From NCBI GenBank assembly GCA_045613945.1, contig JAZLBZ010000017.1, positions 41,703 through 105,702 on the forward strand: 64,000 bases of DNA, read 5' to 3'. The notes beneath the pieces were generated by a model, which was given only the letters and a program-made list of their open reading frames with translations, did not search any database and was not told where the DNA came from. Shown one piece after another: positions 1-8,656 of the stretch; position 1 is the stretch's first letter; each line of letters opens with the position of its first letter. The DNA is from Bacteroidaceae bacterium. GTDB lineage: Bacteria; Bacteroidota; Bacteroidia; Bacteroidales; Bacteroidaceae. The position numbers and the translations under genes were made by a program.

Positions 1-975
1 GTCTATCTGCACGGTGTTGTTGATGAAGGCAACTCCTTCCTCTCGCCCGATGCGCTTCTGCGCGTGTTGCCGCTCTATGTAACGCTATCTGGCGAAGAAC
101 TGCTTGTTGGTGCAATGGAGATAGTTACCGAACGCCCCTTGAGCGATAACGAGACAGTGAGCCTGGAACTCATTGCCCGCTTTGTGGCATCAATGGCATA
201 CCACCGTACTGTGCGTGTTGCCAACAGTTACACCAGCCTCGAGGAGATAGAGGAGGAGACTGAGCGCATAAGGTTCGAGGAGAACCGTCTGCACGTCCAG
301 AATATGGTCATGGACAACTGCCTGTCGGTCATCAAGCACGAAACGGTGTACTATCCCAGCCGCGTGCGCGAACTGGCGCAGAGGACACTTGATGCAACCG
401 GTAACCGCAGCGAAAGCATTGCTGCCATGAGCGAACTTATGGAGTATTACAACTCGGTTTTCGGCATACTTTCCAACTGCGCAAGACGCGAACTCGACAC
501 CATGTGCTTCACGCTCTCTTCAGTCTCTGTGGAGCAACTGTTTGCCGATGCAAGGCGTTCTGTTGAGCGCTGCGCAAGGAAACGGGGTGTGGGCTTGTCG
601 CTCGTGTATGAGCCTGTTGATGCCAATGTGAAAGTAGATACAGTCCTTGTGTCATATCTCTTTGAGGTGCTCATTGACGCAGCCTTCAAGGTTGAGAAGG
701 ATGGCGTATTGTTGTTGCGCGCGGCCAATTCCGGCGATACAGTCAGGATAGAACTGGTGGATAACAGGTATACACTCTCAAGTGACGAGGTTGCCGAACT
801 CTTTACCCCGTCGCGCTACAACATTGGCGTGAATACCGGATTACGCGGAATGGAGTATCTTGTTGCAAAGGAGATTGTGCGAATGCACGAGGATTATACA
901 GGACGTCATGCTTCGCGCATGGAGGCGCGGGCCGATGTCGATGGTGTTGTCATATTGTTTACGTTGCCAAAATAA
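1..975 (+). CDS. Sensor histidine-kinase-like ATPase, C-terminal part (5' end lies upstream of the window)
   Basis: Frame 1 is open from base 1; the track ORF merely starts at an internal GTG at 64. The C-terminal segment VRIELVDNRYT...NTGLRGMEYLVAKEIVRMH resembles a HATPase_c fold. A response-regulator gene follows 7 nt downstream. Confidence 0.6.
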   Translation, partial: VYLHGVVDEGNSFLSPDALLRVLPLYVTLSGEELLVGAMEIVTERPLSDNETVSLELIARFVASMAYHRTVRVANSYTSLEEIEEETERIRFEENRLHVQNMVMDNCLSVIKHETVYYPSRVRELAQRTLDATGNRSESIAAMSELMEYYNSVFGILSNCARRELDTMCFTLSSVSVEQLFADARRSVERCARKRGVGLSLVYEPVDANVKVDTVLVSYLFEVLIDAAFKVEKDGVLLLRAANSGDTVRIELVDNRYTLSSDEVAELFTPSRYNIGVNTGLRGMEYLVAKEIVRMHEDYTGRHASRMEARADVDGVVILFTLPK

Positions 976-981
976 GGAATT

Positions 982-1704
982 ATGATAGATAAATTCAGTG
1001 TAGTAATAGTAGAGGATGCAAGGCTCGAACTCAAGGGTACCGAGGAGATTTTCCGTACAGAGTTGCCCGAGGCCGACGTGATTGGTGTCGCTTCCAATGA
1101 GAAGGAACTCAATGAGGTACTTGAGCGTGCAGTCCCCGACCTGCTGTTGCTCGATTTGGGTCTTGGCGGCTCAACAACAGTGGGAGTGGAAATATGCGCC
1201 AGAATGAAGAAGGAGCATCCACAAATGAAAGTCCTTGTCTTTACCGGCGAACTGCTCAACGAGAAACTTTGGGTAGACGTGCTCGATGCTGGAGCCGATG
1301 GTATTACCCTAAAGACCGGCGAACTGCTCACCAAACACGAGATATACAATGTCATGGCAGGCAAACGCAATGTCTTTAATCAGCCTGTGCTTGAGAAACT
1401 GGTGGAGCGTTTCCGTGAGAATGTGAACCGCGACACTGCACGCCAGAAATCGCTCATTCACTATGAGATTGACCGCTATGACGAGTGTTTCCTGCGTCAT
1501 CTTGCTCTAGGCTACACAAAGGAGATGGTTGCTTCTTTAAAGACAATGCCCTTTGGAGTGAAATCGCTTGAGAAACGCCAGGCCGACCTCATTGCCCGTC
1601 TGTTCCCTGATGGCGAGCAGCGCGGAATAAATGTCACACGCCTTGTTGTGCGTGCCATTGAACTGCATATAATAGACGCTGAAAATCTCGAGGCCGATGA
1701 ATAA
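982..1704 (+). CDS. Response regulator (receiver domain plus divergent LuxR/GerE-like C-terminal HTH)
   Basis: ATG start. N-terminus VVIVEDARLE...PDLLLLDLGLGG is a typical REC acidic pocket and phospho-acceptor context. The C-terminal LGYTKEMVASL...VKSLEKRQADLIARL is HTH-like. Confidence 0.7.
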   Translation: MIDKFSVVIVEDARLELKGTEEIFRTELPEADVIGVASNEKELNEVLERAVPDLLLLDLGLGGSTTVGVEICARMKKEHPQMKVLVFTGELLNEKLWVDVLDAGADGITLKTGELLTKHEIYNVMAGKRNVFNQPVLEKLVERFRENVNRDTARQKSLIHYEIDRYDECFLRHLALGYTKEMVASLKTMPFGVKSLEKRQADLIARLFPDGEQRGINVTRLVVRAIELHIIDAENLEADE

Positions 1705-2413
1705 CCGCAGAGCATACTATTATCCCGTCCCGCTCTATCTGCTTATGCTGCTGACGGTGTGGGTTGGCGCGTTCTTTGCCGATGTTGTGCAGTTGCTCTT
1801 GGGTGGCACGCTCCCCACATCGTCCTTGATGAGTGCCGAGGGTGTACGCTGGGCATTGCGCAGTGCATTGCCCTCCATTGGCGCGCTGCCCTGGGGGGCA
1901 ATAATGATGCTTATTGCTACGTATGGCCTTTTGCGCGGTTCGGGACTCGCAAAGGCGCTTTGCCGTTTGCTGTGTTTTAGACGTCTGACTCTTTCCCAAT
2001 GGCGTGCCTTGCTCTTTTCACTGCTGGCAGCAGTGTGCTACATCGCTCTGCTATATATGTTTACCGTTGCTCCCTGGAATCTTCTCGCGGGGATTACTCA
2101 CGAGGCATCGCTCTCGCCGCTGGCGCAGGGATGGGCGTTGCTGCTTTTTGCTCTTGCGCTGCTTGTGTCGCTTATCTATGGTTTCATATATGGCAATTAC
2201 CGCTCAATGATGGACGTGGTAGTGTCGGCAGGCAATACATTCAATCTCTTTGTCCCGGCAGTAATGGCGCTTGTCCCGGCATCGGGCATTGTTCCTTGTT
2301 TACGGTATGCCGGCGTTGATGCAATTTGCGGGCTACCTATGAATGTAATTGCTGTGGTGCTCTATCTGCTGCCATTCCTCTATATTGTGATACTGGAGAC
2401 AAAGAAACGATGA
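1697..2413 (+). CDS. Multi-pass integral membrane protein, unknown function
   Basis: The ATG overlaps the regulator stop by 8 nt, which suggests an operon. About 6 hydrophobic helices. I recognised no family. Confidence 0.55.
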   Translation: MNNRRAYYYPVPLYLLMLLTVWVGAFFADVVQLLLGGTLPTSSLMSAEGVRWALRSALPSIGALPWGAIMMLIATYGLLRGSGLAKALCRLLCFRRLTLSQWRALLFSLLAAVCYIALLYMFTVAPWNLLAGITHEASLSPLAQGWALLLFALALLVSLIYGFIYGNYRSMMDVVVSAGNTFNLFVPAVMALVPASGIVPCLRYAGVDAICGLPMNVIAVVLYLLPFLYIVILETKKR

Positions 2414-2425
2414 CTAATATCCCAA

Positions 2426-2469
2426 CAATGAGAGAGCGTCCCATATACTTTTGGGGCGCTCTCTCATTG
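2426..2469. terminator. Bidirectional hairpin terminator between convergent genes
   Basis: Arms caatgagagagcg and cgctctctcattg form a 13-bp perfect stem, extendable with one mismatch. It sits between the + gene ending at 2413 and the - gene ending at 2490. Confidence 0.6.
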
Positions 2470-2489
2470 TAATAATTATATCCGCTTTC

Positions 2490-2993
2490 TTATTTTGCTC
2501 CTAAAGGTATCACTCTCAGCCAAATCTCACTTACCCAACTGTCGTTGTCGGTGCCGCAGAGGTTATATTCTACATAGAGGATATTCTTGTTCTCCTCGCT
2601 GAACCTGTATCTAAGGTTTGATATTGTGTTATTCAGGCTCTTGTCAAGGTAGTGGTTGTTGATGTACTCAAGGTATGTGTTATCCTCCTTCATCTCAATC
2701 TCGCCCTGCTGAGTTATGAATGCCAGTGTACTTGTCTTGCTCTCTGCCCATTCGGCCTCCTTAATTGGGATATTCACTCCAAGAATAACGAAATATGTAT
2801 TCTCCTCTGTTATGGTCTTGAAAATCTGCTTGCCGATGTAGGCCTTGCCGCCATCGGCTGTCGTAACCTCCTCAACATATTGCCACATTCCAACAAGTGG
2901 ACCAACATCGGGTCCTGTCTTCGTCTCCTGTGCTTTACCTGTTATAACTCCTAAAAATAAGATTGCCGTAAGTAGAAACATGAACTTTTTCAT
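2490..2993 (-). CDS. Secreted lipocalin-like (DUF4488-like) protein
   Basis: I prefer the internal ATG at 2993 (MKKFMFLLTAILFLGVITGKAQ signal peptide) over the longer track ORF. The LVGMWQYVEEV... motif resembles Bacteroidales lipocalin-like domains. Confidence 0.55.
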   Translation of the reverse strand: MKKFMFLLTAILFLGVITGKAQETKTGPDVGPLVGMWQYVEEVTTADGGKAYIGKQIFKTITEENTYFVILGVNIPIKEAEWAESKTSTLAFITQQGEIEMKEDNTYLEYINNHYLDKSLNNTISNLRYRFSEENKNILYVEYNLCGTDNDSWVSEIWLRVIPLGAK

Positions 2994-3152
2994 AGTAGTA
3001 GGGAGTTTAAGGTTAGACAATGTCTCTTTTATGGGTGCAATGTACAAAAAAATATGCAAAAAAAAGTTTTTTCGGGAAAATATTTATTTTTGTTCAGTTT
3101 GTATCTGCTACCGTATTTTTTGTAACTTCGCGGTCGCAATTTTAAGATAACG

Positions 3153-3512
3153 ATGAAGTTCCTTTTTGCATTTTTGGGTAGCATGTCGCTTGTACTGGGC
3201 ATTATGGGCATCTTTTTGCCTGTGCTGCCAACTACACCATTCCTTCTGTTGGCGGCAGCCCTGTATATGCGCAGTTCGGAAAGATTGTATGACTGGCTAA
3301 TGTCGCATAAGCATCTGGGGGCATATATAAGGAACTTCAGGGAGTACAAGGCGCTGCCGCTTCGTGTAAAGGTCGTCTCTGTAACAATGGTGTGGGCGAC
3401 ATTGCTCTATTGCGCAATATGTGTTGCAAAAGAGTGGTGGATGAGCGCTGTCTTCATTGCCATTGCATTGGGGGTGACAATACATATACTTTGTTTCAAG
3501 ACCATGAAATGA
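3153..3512 (+). CDS. ybaN: DUF454 / YbaN-family inner-membrane protein
   Basis: LGIMGIFLPVLPTTPFLLLAAALYMRSSERLYDWL is the characteristic YbaN N-terminal signature. 119 aa, 3-4 TM helices. Confidence 0.75.
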   Translation: MKFLFAFLGSMSLVLGIMGIFLPVLPTTPFLLLAAALYMRSSERLYDWLMSHKHLGAYIRNFREYKALPLRVKVVSVTMVWATLLYCAICVAKEWWMSAVFIAIALGVTIHILCFKTMK

Positions 3513-3513
3513 A

Positions 3514-3545
3514 AAGGATGTAGACCTTTGCGGGTATACATCCTT
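3514..3545. terminator. Hairpin between convergent genes
   Basis: aaggatgta ... tacatcctt forms a 9-bp perfect stem between the + gene ending at 3512 and the - gene ending at 3552. Confidence 0.5.
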
Positions 3546-3551
3546 TGTTCA

Positions 3552-4019
3552 TTATAACATCTCAACAATTTTCTCTAGCCAATGCCTGTCTGTCTCGTCA
3601 AATGTGGCAAGGTGCTCGCTGTCTATGTCGAGCACTGCAACAACCTCGCAGCCTTTGAACAGTGGAACTACAATCTCGCTCTTCGATGCGCTGCTGCAGG
3701 CAATGTGCCCGGGGAACTGCTCAACGTCGGGCACAACCTGTGTGCGCTGCTCTTTCCACGCAGTGCCGCACACTCCGCGCCCGTATGCTATGCGCGAGCA
3801 GGCAAGCGGTCCCTGGAACGGGCCAAGCACAAGCTGCTCGTCAATAACGCGGTAGAATCCTGTCCACCAGAACCCGAAGGTGTGATGAATCATTGCCGCT
3901 ACGTTTGCCATGTTGGCAATGGTGTCGCTCTCGCCTTCTGTTACTGCGGCAATCTGCTTGTGGAGCAGTGCGTATTTCTCCTCCTTGCCGCCCTGTGCAA
4001 TGTGTAGTTCCTCTGCCAT
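3552..4019 (-). CDS. GAF-domain protein, free methionine-(R)-sulfoxide reductase-like (YebR/fRMsr family)
   Basis: Family-typical motifs: GFYRV...LVLGPFQGPLACSRIAYGRGVCGTAW...VPDVEQFPGHIACSSASKSEIVVPL...VLDIDS. Confidence 0.75.
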   Translation of the reverse strand: MAEELHIAQGGKEEKYALLHKQIAAVTEGESDTIANMANVAAMIHHTFGFWWTGFYRVIDEQLVLGPFQGPLACSRIAYGRGVCGTAWKEQRTQVVPDVEQFPGHIACSSASKSEIVVPLFKGCEVVAVLDIDSEHLATFDETDRHWLEKIVEML

Positions 4020-4025
4020 TACTTC

Positions 4026-4619
4026 TTAACTGAAATCTGATATATCCACCAGTTTGTTCATTATCGCATAGACCGTGAGGCCGGGAATTGAGTTGATGCC
4101 CAGTTTCTGCGATATGTTACGGCGGTGCGATATTACTGTGTAGATAGAGATGTTGAACTCGTCGGCAATCTCCTTGTTTGTCTTGCCCATTGCCACTGCT
4201 GCAAGGATGTCCTTCTCGCGCGACGAGAGTTCGTTGAGGTCGCTCTTGGGATTCTTGCTGTTCTCATCAATGGCGTTCTTTAGTTTCTGTATTACGCGCG
4301 TGGTGTTGTCGTATATGCCAATACATTCGTCATACTGGCGAAGCACGTTCTCCTCGTAACTGCTGTGTGTGAGCGCTACAAGCGCGGTGTTGCCAGCGCC
4401 AAGCCACGAACGTATGTCGAGCCTGTCGTTGTAGTCGACAACGGTTGGGTTGATGATTACAATGTCCACATCACTGTCGTTCGAGTTGTAGTACGACGGG
4501 TCGTTCAGTGTCTGTGCAACGCTGAACTTGGGATTGCCGTTTATTATAGTAGCAATGCCTGTTGCCACAATCTCCGACGGCTCAATGAGTACAACCTTGT
4601 ATTTACCTTCCTTGTTCAT
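4026..4619 (-). CDS. LuxR-family transcriptional regulator with degenerate receiver-like N-domain
   Basis: The C-terminus LSSREKDILAAVAMGKTNKEIADEFNISIYTVISHRRNISQKLG is a canonical GerE/LuxR HTH. I chose the internal ATG at 4619 (MNKEGKYKVVLIEP). Confidence 0.75.
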   Translation of the reverse strand: MNKEGKYKVVLIEPSEIVATGIATIINGNPKFSVAQTLNDPSYYNSNDSDVDIVIINPTVVDYNDRLDIRSWLGAGNTALVALTHSSYEENVLRQYDECIGIYDNTTRVIQKLKNAIDENSKNPKSDLNELSSREKDILAAVAMGKTNKEIADEFNISIYTVISHRRNISQKLGINSIPGLTVYAIMNKLVDISDFS

Positions 4620-5316
4620 AGCGCTGTTCAATTTTTTCCACCAGTGGAACAAGCAGTTTGTTCTCAATGTCGGAGTGTTTCAAAAGGTCGTTGCTAATGT
4701 TGTGTATATCGCCAAGAATCTCGAATCGCAGTTGCGTTGCATACTCCTTGTTCAAGTACTTTATGATGATGTTGCTGAGGTCGTTGAGTTTCTCATTGAC
4801 GTTGCCGTGATTGTGTTCAAAAAGCGATATGCTGTACTCGCTGTTGCACTCCTGCCTGTTTGCTATAAGGTTCTCGATATACGGGAACACAACCTCCTCC
4901 TCGTACTTGAAGTGGTTGCTCACCTCGTTGTCATAGTCATCGTAGAACTTGTCAATCAGGCGGCGGCTCACATCATCGAGTTCTTTCACCATCCGGTGTA
5001 TGCTGTTGTGCAATGTCGGGAAACAGATGGTGGAGTAGAACTTGTGCGATGCGCGCAGATAGGTTGTGATGTTCCTGATGTCGTCATTGGTGAGTGTCTC
5101 AATCTGCGGACGGTAGTCGCGGAACGAGTAGATGTTGCATATCATAAGGAACAGGTCAACCGATATGCTGTGCTGTGCACACACCTCGGCAACTGTGGCT
5201 TCGCCGAATCCAAGCGCAATGTTCAGGCGCTGCAGAATAGACAGCAGGCTGATGTCGCTTGCCACAAGGTCGGCCATCTTCATTCGTCTGTTGTATATAG
5301 TACTGTTCTGGTTCAT
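4603..5316 (-). CDS. Hemerythrin-like (di-iron, RIC/ScdA-like) domain protein
   Basis: 237 aa, helical, with spaced His/Glu motifs (HKFYS..., HNHGNVNEKLNDL, HSDIENKLLVPL) typical of hemerythrin cation-binding domains. It lies directly after feoB. Confidence 0.5.
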   Translation of the reverse strand: MNQNSTIYNRRMKMADLVASDISLLSILQRLNIALGFGEATVAEVCAQHSISVDLFLMICNIYSFRDYRPQIETLTNDDIRNITTYLRASHKFYSTICFPTLHNSIHRMVKELDDVSRRLIDKFYDDYDNEVSNHFKYEEEVVFPYIENLIANRQECNSEYSISLFEHNHGNVNEKLNDLSNIIIKYLNKEYATQLRFEILGDIHNISNDLLKHSDIENKLLVPLVEKIEQRYEQGR

Positions 5317-5337
5317 TCTTTTTAGTTTTTTTTATTT

Positions 5338-7752
5338 TTATAATAGACCGCCTATGGCATACACTATATATGCGGCAATCCAGGCAACGGCGGTGTTGTA
5401 TACGATTGAGAATAGAGCCCACATCCTGCTGCCCGTTTCGTGCGCTATCGCAGCAATGGTTGCAATGCAGGGGAAGAATAGCAGGATGAACACAAGGAAA
5501 GCGGCAGCCGAGCGTGGCGTGAAATCACCCGATTTTTTCAGGTCCTCGGTGATGCTCTCCTCCGAGTCGCTGCTGTAGAGCACGCCCAGAGTGCTTACAA
5601 CCAGTTCCTTTGCCGGAATACTGGTTATCAGCGCAATGCCCGAGCGCCAGTTCTGCCCAATTGGTGCAAGCACAGGCTCAACTGCATGCCCAAGCATGGC
5701 AATGAAAGAGTTCTCATTAATGCCGCCGATGGTCTCCTCCTCTGCAATCTGCTCAAAACTTTCCGCTTTCACCTTTCCGCTTTCACCTTCCTCTGGTCTT
5801 GGATAGTAGCTCAGGAACCATATTACAACTGTCGATAGCAGTATTACTGTTCCAATCTTCTTTATGTACTGTGCGCACTTCTCCCACATGTGGCGCAGTG
5901 TAGCGCGCAGTGTGGGCCAACGATAGGGTGGCAGTTCCATTACAAAAGGAGTCTCGTCCTTGTGGAACTTGGCAAGTCTGAGCAGGCGTGCTGTAATAAT
6001 AGCAACCACAATGCCAAGCAGGTACAGGCCCATGAGCACCAGCGCGGCGTGCTGCGGAAAGAATGCCCCGGCAAAGAGGATGAGCACCGGCAGGCGGGCA
6101 CTGCACGACATGAATGGCGTGATGAGTACCGTTATAATGCGGCTGCTGCGGCTCTCAATGGTACGTGTTGCCATGATGGCCGGCACGTTGCAACCGAATC
6201 CCATGAGCATTGGAATGAACGATTTGCCATGCAGTCCCATCTTGTGCATGAGCCTGTCCATGATGAATGCCGCACGTGCCATATATCCCGAATCCTCCAT
6301 CAGCGAGATGAAGAGATAGAGTATGAGAATCTGCGGAATGAACACTGCAACGCTGCCAATGCCGCTGATTATTCCATTAACCACAAGGTCCTGTATTGCC
6401 CCCTGTGGTATGATGCTTGCGGCACCCTCGCCAAACCAGGTGAATAGCCGTTCTATCCACTCCTGCGGGTAGGCGCCAAGCAGGAATACAGAACTGAACA
6501 TTGCCCACATCACAAAAATGAAGATGGGGAATCCAAGCCAGCGGTTTGCAACAAGGCGGTCAATGCGGCGTGTGTTCTTGTTCGCGTCTTTCTCGCCCGG
6601 TTTGTATGTCTCCTGCAGCGCACCGTTAATAAAGCCATACTTTGCACCGTTTATTGCAGTCTCGGCATCCACGCCCATCTGTGACTGTATCTTCCTTGCT
6701 GCTTCATCCGCCATAGCCTTCCATCTTTGCAGTTCAAGACAGTTCGCAAGGTCGCGCAAGGCCTCCTTGTCCTTTTCCAGCAGTTTCAATGCCCAGTAAC
6801 GCACCGGGAACTGCTGTGGCAGGTCATCGGCCTTGTGCATGGAGGCCGACAAAGGCGCAATCTGCTCCTCTATGATATTACCGTAGTTGATGTGAATGTG
6901 GCGTATGGTGTTGTTCTTGCCTTCAAAGAGTTCAATCACTGTGTCGAGTAACTTATCAAGGCCCTTGTTGTTGCGAGCAACGGTGGGTATCATTGGGACA
7001 CCCATCATCGCTCCCAGGTGTACGTAGTCAATCTCGGCACCTTTTGCCAACAGTTCGTCATACATGTTGAGCGCCACAACCGAGCGTATATTCATGTCAC
7101 TGAGTTCTGTTGTGAGGTAGAGGTTGCGCTCAAGGTTCGATGCTACTACGGAGTTTATGATGATGTCTGGCATCTGCTCATAAAGGTGGCGGCGCACATA
7201 GATTTCCTCGGGCGAGTAGGCTGCTATGGAGTATGTACCCGGCAGGTCGGTGAGGTTTATACGGTATCCCTTGTAGTTGAAACTGCCGGTCTTGGCATCG
7301 ACAGTGACGCCGCTGTAGTTGCCAACATGCTCGTTCTTGTTTGCCAGTGCGTTGAATATTGATGTCTTGCCACTGTTGGGGTTGCCCACCAGTGCAACAT
7401 TAATGACATTCCTTCTCTCGGTGGCATTCCTGTAGTTTGTGGCGCATTGTCCGTTGCAGGTAGCGCAACTGTCGCACAACGAAATGCAGTTGTATGTTGG
7501 AGCCGGTGCAAGTTCACGCTTTGCATCCTCCTCGGGCAGAACCTCAATCATCGCAGCCTCGTTGCGGCGCAATAGCACCTCATAGCCCATAACGTTGTAC
7601 TTGATGGGGTCGTGCATTGGGGAGTCGAGTACCGATGTTACCTTCTCTCCGCGAATGAATCCCATCTCCATTATGCGCTTGCGGAATCCACCGTGCCCCG
7701 ACAGGCGCACGATGACCGCAGTCTCTCCATTTTTCAACTCCGATAATTTCAT
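5338..7752 (-). CDS. feoB: Ferrous iron transporter FeoB with fused N-terminal FeoA domain
   Basis: FeoA-like MKLSELKNGETAVIVRL..., G-domain VALVGNPNSGKTSIFNAL, DLPGTYS, then a polytopic membrane domain. The first ATG is at 7752; the track start at 7758 is TTG. Confidence 0.9.
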   Translation of the reverse strand: MKLSELKNGETAVIVRLSGHGGFRKRIMEMGFIRGEKVTSVLDSPMHDPIKYNVMGYEVLLRRNEAAMIEVLPEEDAKRELAPAPTYNCISLCDSCATCNGQCATNYRNATERRNVINVALVGNPNSGKTSIFNALANKNEHVGNYSGVTVDAKTGSFNYKGYRINLTDLPGTYSIAAYSPEEIYVRRHLYEQMPDIIINSVVASNLERNLYLTTELSDMNIRSVVALNMYDELLAKGAEIDYVHLGAMMGVPMIPTVARNNKGLDKLLDTVIELFEGKNNTIRHIHINYGNIIEEQIAPLSASMHKADDLPQQFPVRYWALKLLEKDKEALRDLANCLELQRWKAMADEAARKIQSQMGVDAETAINGAKYGFINGALQETYKPGEKDANKNTRRIDRLVANRWLGFPIFIFVMWAMFSSVFLLGAYPQEWIERLFTWFGEGAASIIPQGAIQDLVVNGIISGIGSVAVFIPQILILYLFISLMEDSGYMARAAFIMDRLMHKMGLHGKSFIPMLMGFGCNVPAIMATRTIESRSSRIITVLITPFMSCSARLPVLILFAGAFFPQHAALVLMGLYLLGIVVAIITARLLRLAKFHKDETPFVMELPPYRWPTLRATLRHMWEKCAQYIKKIGTVILLSTVVIWFLSYYPRPEEGESGKVKAESFEQIAEEETIGGINENSFIAMLGHAVEPVLAPIGQNWRSGIALITSIPAKELVVSTLGVLYSSDSEESITEDLKKSGDFTPRSAAAFLVFILLFFPCIATIAAIAHETGSRMWALFSIVYNTAVAWIAAYIVYAIGGLL

Positions 7753-7810
7753 CTTCAACTATATTTCCCGGTTGATACTTTCAGAATAAAATAACAACCT
7801 TTCTGCCCGT

Positions 7811-7835
7811 ATTTTTGCATTTTAATGCAAAAATA
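7811..7835 (-). promoter_or_regulatory. Perfect 11-bp inverted repeat overlapping a TAnnTTTG -7 box upstream of feoB (candidate Fur-type operator plus promoter)
   Basis: atttttgcatt-tt-aatgcaaaaat. On the minus strand, tatttttg (plus 7828-7835) matches the Bacteroides -7 consensus, about 75 nt upstream of the feoB ATG. Confidence 0.4.
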
Positions 7836-8090
7836 GTTCTCTTTTGCAAAATTGACAATAGATAGTTTATCTTAAAAACCGCTTTTTTTTAGTTATAAAT
7901 AACTAATATGGCGTAAAATGGATAAATATTGCTACAATTCGCTTTTATATTCATCACCATTTGCTATTGTGTTGTGGTTTGGCGGGCACTAATTTTGCAC
8001 AGTCCTTAATTCAGGAATGAATAAACCATATTATTGAATTGTATTATCTTTTTGGCTGTGCTTAGAGCGCAGTATTGTAGTCTTTACTAC

Positions 8091-8141
8091 AAAAAACAGA
8101 GGAGAACGTTCTTAAACTGTCGTTCTCCTCTGGCGTTTTTT
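8091..8141. terminator. Bidirectional intrinsic terminator
   Basis: A6 - cagaggagaacg / cgttctcctctg (12-bp perfect stem) - T6. It lies just downstream of the minus-strand gene ending at 8201. Confidence 0.7.
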
Positions 8142-8200
8142 CTAATCAGTTGTCAGTATGAAAATAGTGCTTTCTATATAAATTCATTATTATTTCTTTG

Positions 8201-8593
8201 TCAGTCGGCGAGTATTGCTGCCAATGCCGCTATTCCAACTATTGTTGCTGCAGTCTCTACTGCATCATTGTCACAGCAGTGGTTGTGATAAACAGGGCGT
8301 GGTACCGGTCTTGGGCGAGGCATTGGTTTTGGGCGTGGGGCCGGTTTTCTCATCTTCGCCATTGGCTTGCCTTTTTTTGCCGGCTTGTTATTCCTGAACT
8401 TCTTGTCGTTGGGCTTCACCGGGCGTGCCTTTGCAACCTTGTCGTCCTTCTTCCTCTTTTCAACCTTGAAATCCTTCCTGTTGTTTACCCTGTTTTCTAC
8501 TCTGGCCTTGTCTCTGTTGTTGTTCTTCGCCATCATCTGTGCAGGCATGAGCATTGCGCTCATCAATACTGCAATAAACATCATCTTTTTCAT
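8201..8593 (-). CDS. Small Lys/Arg/Pro-rich protein with N-terminal signal peptide and C-terminal hydrophobic helix (paralog A)
   Basis: MKKMMFIAVLMSAMLMPAQMMAKNNN..., a basic low-complexity middle, a PRPKPMPRPRPVPRP stretch, and the terminal ATIVGIAALAAILAD. ATG start. Confidence 0.6.
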   Translation of the reverse strand: MKKMMFIAVLMSAMLMPAQMMAKNNNRDKARVENRVNNRKDFKVEKRKKDDKVAKARPVKPNDKKFRNNKPAKKGKPMAKMRKPAPRPKPMPRPRPVPRPVYHNHCCDNDAVETAATIVGIAALAAILAD

Positions 8594-8656
8594 AATTGTA
8601 AGTTTTAAATGGTTAGTTCTTTCTGTTTAAATGTTGTTATCCCTATTCTTAACTGT

